From: Myxococcota bacterium
Lineage (GTDB): Bacteria; Myxococcota; SpSt-1050
DNA: 36,864 nt
NCBI GenBank assembly: GCA_049969675.1
Contig: JBMFOP010000019.1
Location: 1-36,864 of the forward strand
Direction: 5' to 3'
Both the position numbers and the translations under genes were made by a program. This document shows, piece by piece, positions 17,826 through 28,094 of the stretch (position 1 is the first letter of the stretch; the number at the start of each line of letters is the position of its first letter). A model generated the notes under the pieces. It searched no databases. It was not told the DNA's origin and saw nothing but the letters and a program-made list of their open reading frames with translations.

Positions 17826-18893
17826 CTAAAATTCCCTCTTCTTATTAAGAATGTTGAATATTTTATTATGAAACTCTCTTCTGAAATCCTTTATCCTGAA
17901 GTTATTCCTGTCGGGGCAGACCCTGTTTGTAAGTAATATCACCCCCACTCCTGCCTTCAGGTCAATTACAAAAGATGTCCCGGTAAAGCCCAGATGTCCA
18001 ACTGTCTCATCTGAATGATTCTCCCCATATTGCGAACCCTCTCTTAGAGGGGTGTCAAATCCACCTCTAAACATTGAAGGCTGAAAGTCATTGGACCTGG
18101 TTAAAAGTGATTTTATCGTCCAGGGCTTAAATAATCTCCAATCCATATCATTGTAAGAGTGAAAAATTTCAACAAGCAACTTATATATATCATCAACATT
18201 TGAAAAGAGTCCACTATGACCTGCGATACCACCCATAGCCCTTGAGTTCTCATCGTCCACACCAATAAATTCATTTGAGACAGGTATCATCAGTTCCTCT
18301 CTTCTGTAGTTCCTATTCCCACAGAAGTCTGAGTTGTTGATATTAAGAGGCCTTAAAATATTATCAATAACAAAGTCTCTCAAATTGGTGGATGCAATTA
18401 ACTCAATAAGATATCCAAGGATCATAAAATCAATATCTGAGTAAAGCGTCTTACCTCTATTAAAGAGAGGTTCATTTAATGCCTCTTTCAGAATAATGTC
18501 TCTTGCCAATCTCTCACCCCATCTCTCCTCTGGCACCATTTTAAAATACTCCCTATGAGCTATCAGCCCCGAGCGATGGGTGAGCATATCCCGAATGGTA
18601 ATTCCCAGCTTCTCTGGCTTTTTATATTCATTGAAGAAGTGACTGAGTTCACTGTCAAATCTTATCTCTCTATTCTGGACCAGAAGTGCTATTGAAAGCG
18701 AAGTAATGAGCGGCTTTGTAAGAGATGCAACATCATAGAGGCTCTCTTCACTGACAGCCCTATTATCTGAATACGAATATCTTCCATAGAAATTTCTATA
18801 GACTATCTCCTCACCTCTAAAGATTAAAAGGGATGCAGAGGGGAAGACCCTTCCCTCTATTGCCTTTATAATTATTTCATCTATCTCTTTCAT
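17826..18893 (-). CDS. Serine hydrolase, beta-lactamase/class C-like family
   Basis: ASLTK (SxxK), LTHRSG, YSD, GHSGLFS, GHLGFTGT. Confidence 0.9.
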   Translation of the reverse strand: MKEIDEIIIKAIEGRVFPSASLLIFRGEEIVYRNFYGRYSYSDNRAVSEESLYDVASLTKPLITSLSIALLVQNREIRFDSELSHFFNEYKKPEKLGITIRDMLTHRSGLIAHREYFKMVPEERWGERLARDIILKEALNEPLFNRGKTLYSDIDFMILGYLIELIASTNLRDFVIDNILRPLNINNSDFCGNRNYRREELMIPVSNEFIGVDDENSRAMGGIAGHSGLFSNVDDIYKLLVEIFHSYNDMDWRLFKPWTIKSLLTRSNDFQPSMFRGGFDTPLREGSQYGENHSDETVGHLGFTGTSFVIDLKAGVGVILLTNRVCPDRNNFRIKDFRREFHNKIFNILNKKREF

Positions 18894-19840
18894 AAAATTG
18901 GATTATCCAGTGATGTTAAGAGGATTTTATCTGCATTTAATGAATATTCAATATTGAGCGGGATGAGTAGATTATTTCTGATATGTCCCACATCTATCCC
19001 ATAGATGGCTGGCTTTTTGAGTTTTTGTGAAAATTCTTTGAGAAGGGATATTATCTCCTTCAATTTTCCACAACCTTTAAATTTTCCAAAGACAATACCT
19101 CTGAGTCCTCCGATATCATCTCTTAAAAGTAGCTGATTTAACATACGGTCTATTTTATATGGCTCTTCGTTGACCTCTTCAATTAAGAGAATCTTCCCTC
19201 CCAATCTTAAGTCAACTCTTGTCCCAGAGAGAGAAGAGATGATACTTAGATTTCCTCCGCATAAGACTCCGGTTGTGCTACCTTTATATAGAGTGAATTT
19301 ACCTTTATATCTCAAAGGATCTGTATAATTGCCCGAAATAAAATCAAAGAAGTGCCTCTTTGCTGTTTCGGTCAGTTCATCAAATCCATTTAAATTGGGG
19401 GAATGAAATGTCACCCATCCCGCATTGTTCAAAAATATATGCAGTGCAGTTATATCTGAAAATCCAAAGAATGGTCTTGGGCTTTTAATCTGAATTTTTG
19501 AGAGGGATTCAAGAAGCCTCACTGAACCATACCCTCCCCGTGCACAGATTACGGCATCATATTCTGGATTTGTAAGCGCCTCTCTTAAGTCATTTAATCT
19601 CTCTTTATCACTACCTGCAAGATATCCAGTTTTCTTAAAGACAGAGGGTAAAAATTCAATTCTATATCCCTTCTCTTCAAAAATTCTTATATTCTTAAAA
19701 ATCTTTCCCCTTTTCACCGGGCCGGCTGGAGAGATTACTGCTATCAGATGTATTTTGGAAGGTCCTTTTAGATTACTGGATTTTCTTTTATCAGAATACA
19801 TACGGCAAATGCTTATATCAAAAATAAGAGTGGAGTTCAA
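18890..19840 (-). CDS. ldcA: LD-carboxypeptidase (peptidase S66)
   Basis: ISPAG, RGGYG, GFSDIT, GGNLS, EEVNE, GH; start uncertain. Confidence 0.9.
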   Translation of the reverse strand: MNSTLIFDISICRMYSDKRKSSNLKGPSKIHLIAVISPAGPVKRGKIFKNIRIFEEKGYRIEFLPSVFKKTGYLAGSDKERLNDLREALTNPEYDAVICARGGYGSVRLLESLSKIQIKSPRPFFGFSDITALHIFLNNAGWVTFHSPNLNGFDELTETAKRHFFDFISGNYTDPLRYKGKFTLYKGSTTGVLCGGNLSIISSLSGTRVDLRLGGKILLIEEVNEEPYKIDRMLNQLLLRDDIGGLRGIVFGKFKGCGKLKEIISLLKEFSQKLKKPAIYGIDVGHIRNNLLIPLNIEYSLNADKILLTSLDNPIL

Positions 19841-19853
19841 TAACTTTAAATTT

Positions 19854-21011
19854 TTATGCCTCTAACATCAGTTCCCTAACTACCACATTATTAAATATAA
19901 ACCCTTTGAGGGTGGGTGAGATGTTATCCCCATTAATATTTAGCAATCCATCTTCCATAAAAGTTTTTGCCTTTTTTATTAACAACTCATATTCATCTTT
20001 GCCGATCAAGGGCTGAATTCTCTTAAGACTGAATCCACCTCTCGTTCTTAAACCGAGCATAATTATCTCATTTGATAGCTTCTTATTGTCAATTATCTCA
20101 TATTCCTCAAACTCAAAACTCCCCCCTCTTACCTGCCTGATATATTCTGTTATATCTGGAATATTTTTATAACGGAGTCTCCTCCCATCATTATCAATAA
20201 CATAACCCGATGCAGAGGCCCCGAGCCCCAGATATTGTCCACCATCCCAGTAGTTTAAATTATGTCGTGATTCAAACCCATTTAGTGCATAATTGGAAAT
20301 TTCGTAGTGAACAAAGCCCTCTCTATTAAGCAATCTATGTAACCTGTTATACTGGTCTATTATAAACTCATCTCCTATCTCTAAAAAGCTTCTCAAGCGA
20401 ATACCATCTCTCTTTTCATCAATTGTGAGAATATATGCAGAGATATGTTTTATAGGGTATTCAGATATCAATCTATAAATCTCATCAATGAACTCCTCTG
20501 TCTCCTTAGTTGTGCCTATTAAAAAGTCCACACTCACATTCTCAAATCCGCATTCAAAGATATCAGTTAGTGAAGTATATGTATCAGATACATTGTGTGC
20601 CCTGTTTAATGCCTTCAATATACTATCGTTCTGGCTCTGGGCTCCGAGGCTAATCCTGTTTACACCATACCATTTTAGTAGTTTAAGGAGCCCCTTATCA
20701 ACAGATTCTGGATTCATCTCAAATGTAAATTCATATCCATCTAAAAGCTCTATCTTTTTAAGAAACGATTTGAGAAAACTATCTATGTGTTTTACTGGAA
20801 TTATTGAGGGCGTCCCTCCTCCGATATATATGGTCTTGATTCTCTCCTCTACAAACTCCCTATAAACCTCAAATTCCATTATAATAGATTCAAGATAATC
20901 CTGTATAAGTTGTGAACTCTCATTGTATTTCGTAGAATAGAAATCACAATAAAAACATCTATCTCTACAAAATGGTATATGGATATAGATTGAGCCAGCC
21001 CTTTCTCTCAT
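19854..21011 (-). CDS. hemW: Radical SAM heme chaperone HemW
   Basis: YIHIPFCRDRCFYCDF, GGGTPS, YEISNY, HNLNYW. Confidence 0.92.
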   Translation of the reverse strand: MRERAGSIYIHIPFCRDRCFYCDFYSTKYNESSQLIQDYLESIIMEFEVYREFVEERIKTIYIGGGTPSIIPVKHIDSFLKSFLKKIELLDGYEFTFEMNPESVDKGLLKLLKWYGVNRISLGAQSQNDSILKALNRAHNVSDTYTSLTDIFECGFENVSVDFLIGTTKETEEFIDEIYRLISEYPIKHISAYILTIDEKRDGIRLRSFLEIGDEFIIDQYNRLHRLLNREGFVHYEISNYALNGFESRHNLNYWDGGQYLGLGASASGYVIDNDGRRLRYKNIPDITEYIRQVRGGSFEFEEYEIIDNKKLSNEIIMLGLRTRGGFSLKRIQPLIGKDEYELLIKKAKTFMEDGLLNINGDNISPTLKGFIFNNVVVRELMLEA

Positions 21012-21595
21012 TCTTTCTCCGAAGGAATTGGAGCAAAGGAATAACCCAATATCTCTGCCTTCATATTTAATTCTAACTTTGAATCCTTTACTGAATATTG
21101 CTCAATCAGTACAGGTCCAACACCTTCTGCATAATATGTTCTGAGTAAGAGATTCTGTCCGTAAATAATCTCTTCTGTGACGATGCAGTTTTTGAAGATA
21201 TTATCTCTTACCCGCATTTTTGAAATAAAATCTACAACTGTAATTTTGCCTGTAAATCCAGAGCTCTTAAACTCCCAATCTCTCCCCTTAAGCAATCCCT
21301 TTTTGAGAATATAGTAGTTTGCACTCTTCTTCAATATGCCTTCATCTGTCCTGATGTAATAAAAGACACTCCCATTTGAATTAATTTTATACTCATTCCC
21401 GCTGACCTCCTCCACCTCAGTCTTTATTAGTGAGGAGGTATTTTCCAGCACACTGGTCAAAAGATAACTCCATGAATAACCTTTTTGTAGTGGATAGAAC
21501 CGTTCAATATCATCCTTATAGTTACCAACCGTTGGAATTGATTTAGGGCAGGCAAATAATAGAAGACACAAAAATATGATGGTGATATTCTTCAC
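21008..21595 (-). CDS. Hypothetical lipoprotein
   Basis: Lipobox LFAC; FYPLQKGYSWSY...YYAEGVG beta-rich pattern. Confidence 0.75.
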   Translation of the reverse strand: MKNITIIFLCLLLFACPKSIPTVGNYKDDIERFYPLQKGYSWSYLLTSVLENTSSLIKTEVEEVSGNEYKINSNGSVFYYIRTDEGILKKSANYYILKKGLLKGRDWEFKSSGFTGKITVVDFISKMRVRDNIFKNCIVTEEIIYGQNLLLRTYYAEGVGPVLIEQYSVKDSKLELNMKAEILGYSFAPIPSEKE

Positions 21596-21597
21596 AG

Positions 21598-22965
21598 TTA
21601 CTTCCCTTTAAATGAGTTGATGTCTCCTGTGTTCTTTAATAGCTTTATATAATAAATCAGGCAGTCATTCTTCTCCTTTTCAAGCAGAAGCTCTGTATTT
21701 GTAACGATTATCTCAGAGTCAATAAGCTCTGACTGAGAGATAACTCCAGCATTATAGCTTTTAACAGAAAGGTCATAGGATTTTCTTGCCAGTTCAAGTT
21801 GTCTTTCAAGAGAGGAGATATTCCTTTTACAGCTCTCAATCTCCTTGATATTCTGACTTATCTGCGATTTGATACCCTCTTTTAATTGCCTGATCTGAAG
21901 TTCATTCTCGTTTAATCTGGACCTCTTCTCTCTAATTTCGGCATATCTTAACCCCCCATCATACAGATTCAGATTGAGCGAAAAGATAATAAACCATTGT
22001 GTCTCTTCCCCTACAAAATTCGTTATATCCGAATATCTATATACCGCATTCATATTAAGGGTGGGCAGGAGACGGGACATAGAAAGATTTATATCCCTCT
22101 GTATGAGCTCCCTGTTCTCAGCAAGTATCTTTACATCAGGCCTCCTCTTTAATGCAATCTCAGTGAGTTTCTCTATATCAAGAGCCAAATCTGTATTTAT
22201 GTTTACAGAGTCTTCTATATCAAAATTCTTCTCAATATTGAGAAGTAGTGCGAGTCCTTCTATTGCGATGCTATATGCCTTTTCAGCCTTCTCAGAATCA
22301 TTTAATGCCCTCTCAAGGTCAAGCCTTGCCTTTGTAAGTGTCAATTCATTTGCATCTCCATTCTTTAGTTTTGCCTCTACAATCCGCAGATGCGATCTGG
22401 CAAGCTCAACCGAATTTTTTGTGATGGCAATACTCTTCTTTATACTGATGGTGTTGAGATATGCGGTTGCAATATTATAAATAAGATCCGCCTTCTGACT
22501 CTCCTTATTTAATTCGGTTATCTTTGTGGAATCTTTTGCGTTCTTATAGGTGAGGTAATTGGGGATATTGATAATAGGTAAATTCAAACTGGCGAGTGCA
22601 CCAAATGAATTCTCCTTCTGAATCACATAATTGTTATATTTGGTAAATGAGATGTATGGTTCGGTTATTGAAATCTTCAATGAGTTTATATCTGGAAATT
22701 TCATCACCACCTCTTTATCATATCTCGTATATGTCCCCTGAGCAGTCAGGACTGGCAGGAGTAGTGCAAGCGCCTTCCTCTGAATCGCAATAGATTGATT
22801 GATTCTCTCATCCTGAATCTCAAGTGTATAAGAGTTCTTTATCCCGAGCTCAATCGCCTCTGAAAGAGGTATAATCCTCTTCTGCTGTGAGATATCCTCC
22901 TCACCAATTGCCACAATGGGTATAAAAATTAGTAAACCAAAAATAATGCTGAATAGACGCCACAT
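21598..22965 (-). CDS. TolC family outer-membrane efflux protein
   Basis: Signal peptide; duplicated OEP repeats (LLPVLTA, RRPDV, LLPTLN, LYDGG). Confidence 0.9.
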   Translation of the reverse strand: MWRLFSIIFGLLIFIPIVAIGEEDISQQKRIIPLSEAIELGIKNSYTLEIQDERINQSIAIQRKALALLLPVLTAQGTYTRYDKEVVMKFPDINSLKISITEPYISFTKYNNYVIQKENSFGALASLNLPIINIPNYLTYKNAKDSTKITELNKESQKADLIYNIATAYLNTISIKKSIAITKNSVELARSHLRIVEAKLKNGDANELTLTKARLDLERALNDSEKAEKAYSIAIEGLALLLNIEKNFDIEDSVNINTDLALDIEKLTEIALKRRPDVKILAENRELIQRDINLSMSRLLPTLNMNAVYRYSDITNFVGEETQWFIIFSLNLNLYDGGLRYAEIREKRSRLNENELQIRQLKEGIKSQISQNIKEIESCKRNISSLERQLELARKSYDLSVKSYNAGVISQSELIDSEIIVTNTELLLEKEKNDCLIYYIKLLKNTGDINSFKGK

Positions 22966-23131
22966 ATCGGGTTGTATATATCACCTGCGGGCAATTTTAA
23001 CAAGGAGAAGTTTTCAGGATTTTCTGGCAATTCCCCCAAATTTTTATATCCTTTTTATGCAACCCAATATTTCTTAATATTCCAGAACAACGAAAATCCC
23101 GAAACAGCAAAAAACTCAGAATAGATTCACC

Positions 23132-23200
23132 AATCATAACTTATACGAAAAATGCAAGAAGACTTTACAAATATATTGGTTTTGGCTATGCCGAATCAGG
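23132..23200 (-). repeat. Dispersed repeat family A, copy 3
   Basis: Reverse complement cctgattcggcatagccaaaaccaa...aagtcttcttgcatttttcgtataagttatgatt. Confidence 0.75.
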
Positions 23201-23262
23201 ATTTTTATCTGTCGTTTTTATTTGATTTGAAATAGTTGCCATATTAATATTCATAAAAGTTT

Positions 23263-24195
23263 ATGAAAGAATTTCTGATTAGAAAACTATTTATATCCCT
23301 CATAACAATATTGGGTGCGGTGAGCATCGTCTTTTTTATGATACACATTATACCCGGAGACCCGGTTGAGAATATGCTGGGTGAACAGGCGCTCTCTGTG
23401 GATAAGGCGAGGATAAGACATACCCTCGGATTGGACAGGCCACTTATTGAACAGTACTTTAATTTTCTCAAGAATACTGCAAGAGGAGACCTCGGGGAAT
23501 CCCTTTACAGGCGCGGAGTAAAGGTATCCACTCTAATTATTGAGAGATTCCCAAATACATTTATTCTTGCCTTAACCGCAATGCTCATTGCTATCTCAAT
23601 TTCACTATTTGCAGGGATTATATCAGCGGTTAAGAGAGGCACCATTACAGACACAGCCATTATGGCATTATCGGGCTTTGGAATCTCTATTCCAGCCTTC
23701 TTCCTCGGGCCACTGCTATTAATGATATTTTGCAGGTACCTCAAGTGGCTTCCACCTCCTGCATCCTCAGAGGGATTTTTGAGTTTGATTCTCCCCTCCA
23801 TCACATTGGGCTTTGCCCTCTCGGCCTTTTTATCAAGATTGATTCGCTCCCAGATGCTGGAGGTTTTACAGGAGGACTATATTCGCACTGCATACTCAAA
23901 GGGGCTTAAAAGGAGTAAGGTCATCCTGAAACATGCACTCTCAAATATACTCATTGTGGTGATTACAATAGTGGGGATGCAGTTTGGCTCGCTCTTAACC
24001 GGGGCAATTATTACTGAGAGGGTCTTTGCCTGGCAGGGGATTGGAACATTGATGATTGAGGCTATTATGAAGAGGGATTATCCTGTAGTTCAGGGGACAA
24101 TAATTCTAATCGCATTTCTCTATGTGATTATAAATTTTCTAACGGACATATTCTATGCAGTCATCGACCCGAGGATTAGATATGCAAAGGATTAA
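23263..24195 (+). CDS. dppB: Oligo/dipeptide ABC transporter permease (DppB/OppB-like)
   Basis: PGDP, LGLDRPL..QY, GDLGES, DYIRTAYSKG, RDYPVVQG, DPRI. Confidence 0.88.
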   Translation: MKEFLIRKLFISLITILGAVSIVFFMIHIIPGDPVENMLGEQALSVDKARIRHTLGLDRPLIEQYFNFLKNTARGDLGESLYRRGVKVSTLIIERFPNTFILALTAMLIAISISLFAGIISAVKRGTITDTAIMALSGFGISIPAFFLGPLLLMIFCRYLKWLPPPASSEGFLSLILPSITLGFALSAFLSRLIRSQMLEVLQEDYIRTAYSKGLKRSKVILKHALSNILIVVITIVGMQFGSLLTGAIITERVFAWQGIGTLMIEAIMKRDYPVVQGTIILIAFLYVIINFLTDIFYAVIDPRIRYAKD

Positions 24196-24982
24196 TTACT
24201 ACATCGGGATATTTATTATTACTGCTTTTATAATCCTTGGCATACTGGGTCCGCTCCTTGTTGATAAGGATAAACCTGTCATTGAGAAACAGCTCGCCCC
24301 TCCATCAATAGATGCCCCATTTGGCTACGATGAGAATGGATACAATCTCTTCAACAGGATAATCCTCGGGGCGCGGGTAGCACTCTTTGTAGGATTCTCT
24401 ACTACTCTTATATCTGCACTATTTGGGAGCATAATTGGGGCGATCTCCGGATATTTTGGAGGAGTCATAGACGAGATTATTATGAGGGTGGTTGATGTAC
24501 TTATGTCATTCCCGGGAATCTTGCTCTCCATCTCAATTATTGCAGTAACACAGAGCCCCTCTTATGGTATGATTATACTCGCCCTCTCCATTACTTCGTG
24601 GGTTCCTTATGCAAGGCTGGTGCGCTCGCAGACCCTCTCTCTGGTCAATAGAGATTTTATTGCGGCTGCGAGGGCAATGGGTGCAAACGATTTCTATATT
24701 ATAAGAAGGCATATACTACCTAATTGTTTTAATTCTATCATTGTGCAGGCGACCTTTGGGATTGCCGGCGCAATAATTGCTGAGTCATCGCTCTCCTTTC
24801 TGGGAATTGGTCCTCAGGATTCCTCAAGCTGGGGGGCACTTATTGATTCGGGGACACAGTACTTATTGATAAGATGGCATCTGGCATTCTTCCCGGGTCT
24901 ATTTCTCTTTATTACTGTGATGGGTATAAATATGTTTGGAGATGGGCTGCGGGATAAACTTGACCCGAGGCTAAAAATATAG
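24182..24982 (+). CDS. dppC: Oligo/dipeptide ABC transporter permease (DppC/OppC-like)
   Basis: PFGYDENG, GAISGYFGG, AARAMGA, HILPN, LSFLGIG, GDGLRDKLDPR; ORF extends to 24155. Confidence 0.88.
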   Translation: MQRINYYIGIFIITAFIILGILGPLLVDKDKPVIEKQLAPPSIDAPFGYDENGYNLFNRIILGARVALFVGFSTTLISALFGSIIGAISGYFGGVIDEIIMRVVDVLMSFPGILLSISIIAVTQSPSYGMIILALSITSWVPYARLVRSQTLSLVNRDFIAAARAMGANDFYIIRRHILPNCFNSIIVQATFGIAGAIIAESSLSFLGIGPQDSSSWGALIDSGTQYLLIRWHLAFFPGLFLFITVMGINMFGDGLRDKLDPRLKI

Positions 24983-25007
24983 GATTATTAATTCAGGGTA
25001 ATAGATT

Positions 25008-26063
25008 ATGAATAAAGAAGAGTTAGCTGCTTCATATTCCATTATAGTTGGAATTTCAGGGACTACCCTGACTGATGAGGAGAGGAGATTTCTCTCAGAA
25101 TTCAAACCCCTCGGGGTAATTCTCTTTAAGCGAAACTATGAGAATCCAAAGCAGCTTTTAAAACTTGTAAATTCCATAAAGGAGAGTATTGAAAGGGATA
25201 AGGTTATTGTCTGTGTGGATCAGGAAGGCGGAAGGGTACAGAGATTTACAGAGCCATTTACAATCATCCCCTCTGCAGAGGTAATAGGTAGCACAGAGAA
25301 TGAATATCTGGCTACAGAGGTTGGGAAGATTATTGCAAAGGAGATACTTGCCTGCGGCGTGAATATGAATCTTTCCCCGGTATGTGATATAAATACCAAT
25401 CCACAAAACAAGGTCATCTCTGACAGGGCTTATGGAAAGACTGCGGATATAGTAATGAGGATGTCTGAGAGTGTTATGTACGGACTCTCTCAGGGGGGAG
25501 TCCTAACCTGCGCCAAACACTTCCCCGGACACGGAGATACATCGGTGGATAGCCATGAGACACTTCCCGTATCTCAGATGACGATTGAAGGGCTTTATCA
25601 GAGAGAACTTTTACCGTTTATTAATATATCTGAGAAAGGTGTGGATGCAATAATGCTGGCACATATACTCTATGAAAAGATTGACTCAGAGTTCCCTGCA
25701 TCCCTCTCAGAAAGACTGATTTCACTCTTGAGGATGGAGATAGGTTTTGAAGGAATAATAATGAGCGATGATATGGAGATGAAGGCAATCTCCAACCTCC
25801 TCCCTGTCCCCGATGCCGCACTTAAAGCCGTAGAAAATCAGGCAGATGTGGTCCTTATATGCCATACATTAAATTACCAGATTGAGGCATATCAAAAGAT
25901 AAAGAGATATTATCTTGACAATCCCGAAAAAATAGAGACAAAATTATGTCGTATGAATAAATTTTTATCATCAATAAAAGAGAGCGATTATGAACCAGAC
26001 ATCATTGGTTGCAAAGAGCACAAAGATATAATAAGAGAGGTAATTGAACTTTCAAACACATAA
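25008..26063 (+). CDS. nagZ: Beta-N-acetylhexosaminidase (GH3)
   Basis: VDQEGGRVQR, KHFPGHGDTSVDSH, SDDMEM. Confidence 0.93.
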   Translation: MNKEELAASYSIIVGISGTTLTDEERRFLSEFKPLGVILFKRNYENPKQLLKLVNSIKESIERDKVIVCVDQEGGRVQRFTEPFTIIPSAEVIGSTENEYLATEVGKIIAKEILACGVNMNLSPVCDINTNPQNKVISDRAYGKTADIVMRMSESVMYGLSQGGVLTCAKHFPGHGDTSVDSHETLPVSQMTIEGLYQRELLPFINISEKGVDAIMLAHILYEKIDSEFPASLSERLISLLRMEIGFEGIIMSDDMEMKAISNLLPVPDAALKAVENQADVVLICHTLNYQIEAYQKIKRYYLDNPEKIETKLCRMNKFLSSIKESDYEPDIIGCKEHKDIIREVIELSNT

Positions 26064-26078
26064 TCAAAGGAGTTTCTT

Positions 26079-28082
26079 ATGAAGAGAGTGACATTCTTAA
26101 TCTTTATGTTAATGCCGGTTTTTTTATTTGCATCCACCCAAACTGATGAGACAACGGATTTTGGCAGATTTTCAAAGGCTGTAAGAATAGCATATAAGAA
26201 ACTGGATAACTATATCAATGAGAGATTATATGATCTTAACAGAAGGGCAACCCCTGTTATACCACAGGCGATAAAACCAGACGAAGATTTCTCTATTGTC
26301 AATATGAATCTAACCATTCTCCCGACAGTTGGGAATACGGCTGATGATTCAAAGGTCCTGATCAACAGCCAGATAATCATCAGGGTAACCGGCAGTTCCC
26401 CTCTTTCTGGAGCAGTCTTCTATTCTAAATCCTATCAAAAGATAACTGTTGAATCTCCTGATGCTGAAATTACATATAATGTTGAACCATATTCTTATGA
26501 TAATCACATTTCCATCATCTACATCAGTTTTACAAATCCCATCCCCAGGGATTCAATTATTCGTTTGAGTATTACAACCGAAGGGAAACCTATATGTGAC
26601 CCCTCTGAATTTTTAGGCCTTGTCACCTGCCAGTATAATACAGAACTTACATATGACCTATCTATCTTACATCCGATGCGTGCAGATCAGAAGACAGAGG
26701 CATTCTCATTTGATATTTCAATAGTTATACCTGATGATTATTTTTCAACCGCATCCGGTGAATTTATTGGTTCTGTTGAGAATGGAGATGGGACAAAGAC
26801 CGAGCTCTGGCACAATGATTTAGCACAATTTGTGGCATTTGGGATGGCAAAGTTTGACAGATATTCATCAGACTACGAGGGGGAGAATAATAAAATCTAT
26901 AAGATAAATAGCTATGTCCTGCCACCGAGGGGTGATGCAGCAAGGGGATTTCATCCGTTAATCGGTAAGGCGCTTGAGTGGTATTCAAAGAAGTTCTACC
27001 CATATCAATACCCTGCGATTTCATTTAATGAGATTGATAAATCCTCAGATGCAGCATACGCAACGCCTATGGCACAATTTATGCCCTCAAACCTGATTGA
27101 GAGAGGTGCACAGGATAATGAGGCAATAGAGACATTTGCACACGAGGTCGCACATCAATGGTGGGCATTTATGATCATGAAGACAGTTGATGAATTCCCA
27201 TGGATAGACGAGGGGTTTGCCGAATTTAGCGCTATGGAATTTATTACCAGAGATAACCCACTGGCAAGGATATTTATGTATGGTGTCTATACCTTCTTGT
27301 ATTTCTATATTGTTGACCCATCAGAGGATGTCCCCATCTGCTCACCTGAAGTTTTTAATAACGATTACAACTATGTCCTTCTCACATATTACAAAGGGGC
27401 ACTTGTCTTATCCCAGCTCTTAAACATTATGGGCGAAGATATGTATAAAGTCATCTCCCACTACGCATCTAAAAATCTGTTTCAGGCAGTGGATGTAGAT
27501 AAGCTCAAAGAGGCATTTAAAGATGTAACCGGAGACGACTATTCCTGGTACTTTGATAAATGGCTATATCAGGCTGGATACCCAATCTATACTCTGAAAT
27601 ATGACATAAAAAATGAGAGTGGAAAGAGGAGGGTTGACCTCTTTATCTCTCAGGCATCCTCTACTTACAAAAGCACTCAGAAGAATGTACTTTTTAATAT
27701 GCCTTTAGATATCGCCTTTTATGATGAATCAAGAAATGAAATAAAGAGGGTTACAGAAAATATAAAAGATGAGACATTTGAGAAGGGCTATGAGTTTGAT
27801 GAGGATGTAAATAGTCTTGTGGTTGACCCAGCAGTAAAGGTCTACATAAAGAGGGTGAGGTCGGCGCAGGAGGGCGATGTGACTCTGGATATGGAGGTGG
27901 ACGGGAGAGATGTGCTCCTCGCCGCCTATTCCTATGGCTTCTCCTGGTATTCCTACTTTGAGAGGGAGAATGCAAGATTCCTGCCAAATACGGATTTAAA
28001 TATGGATGGGATTGTAAATGATGATGACCTTACAGTGGTGGTCAACAACTTCGGGAAGTGTTTATTAACTTCCTGTAAATAA
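26079..28082 (+). CDS. Secreted M1-family zinc aminopeptidase with C-terminal dockerin-like domain
   Basis: Signal peptide; HEVAHQWW + WIDEGFAEF; YYKGALVL; C-terminal GDVTLDMEVDGRD...DLNMDGIVNDDD duplicated Ca loops. Confidence 0.88.
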   Translation: MKRVTFLIFMLMPVFLFASTQTDETTDFGRFSKAVRIAYKKLDNYINERLYDLNRRATPVIPQAIKPDEDFSIVNMNLTILPTVGNTADDSKVLINSQIIIRVTGSSPLSGAVFYSKSYQKITVESPDAEITYNVEPYSYDNHISIIYISFTNPIPRDSIIRLSITTEGKPICDPSEFLGLVTCQYNTELTYDLSILHPMRADQKTEAFSFDISIVIPDDYFSTASGEFIGSVENGDGTKTELWHNDLAQFVAFGMAKFDRYSSDYEGENNKIYKINSYVLPPRGDAARGFHPLIGKALEWYSKKFYPYQYPAISFNEIDKSSDAAYATPMAQFMPSNLIERGAQDNEAIETFAHEVAHQWWAFMIMKTVDEFPWIDEGFAEFSAMEFITRDNPLARIFMYGVYTFLYFYIVDPSEDVPICSPEVFNNDYNYVLLTYYKGALVLSQLLNIMGEDMYKVISHYASKNLFQAVDVDKLKEAFKDVTGDDYSWYFDKWLYQAGYPIYTLKYDIKNESGKRRVDLFISQASSTYKSTQKNVLFNMPLDIAFYDESRNEIKRVTENIKDETFEKGYEFDEDVNSLVVDPAVKVYIKRVRSAQEGDVTLDMEVDGRDVLLAAYSYGFSWYSYFERENARFLPNTDLNMDGIVNDDDLTVVVNNFGKCLLTSCK

Positions 28083-28094
28083 TGGAGGTATTTT

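Noticed and set aside
17826..18893. Acquired beta-lactamase resistance gene
   Set aside because: No signal peptide, YSD instead of YxN, and embedded in a housekeeping peptidoglycan operon.
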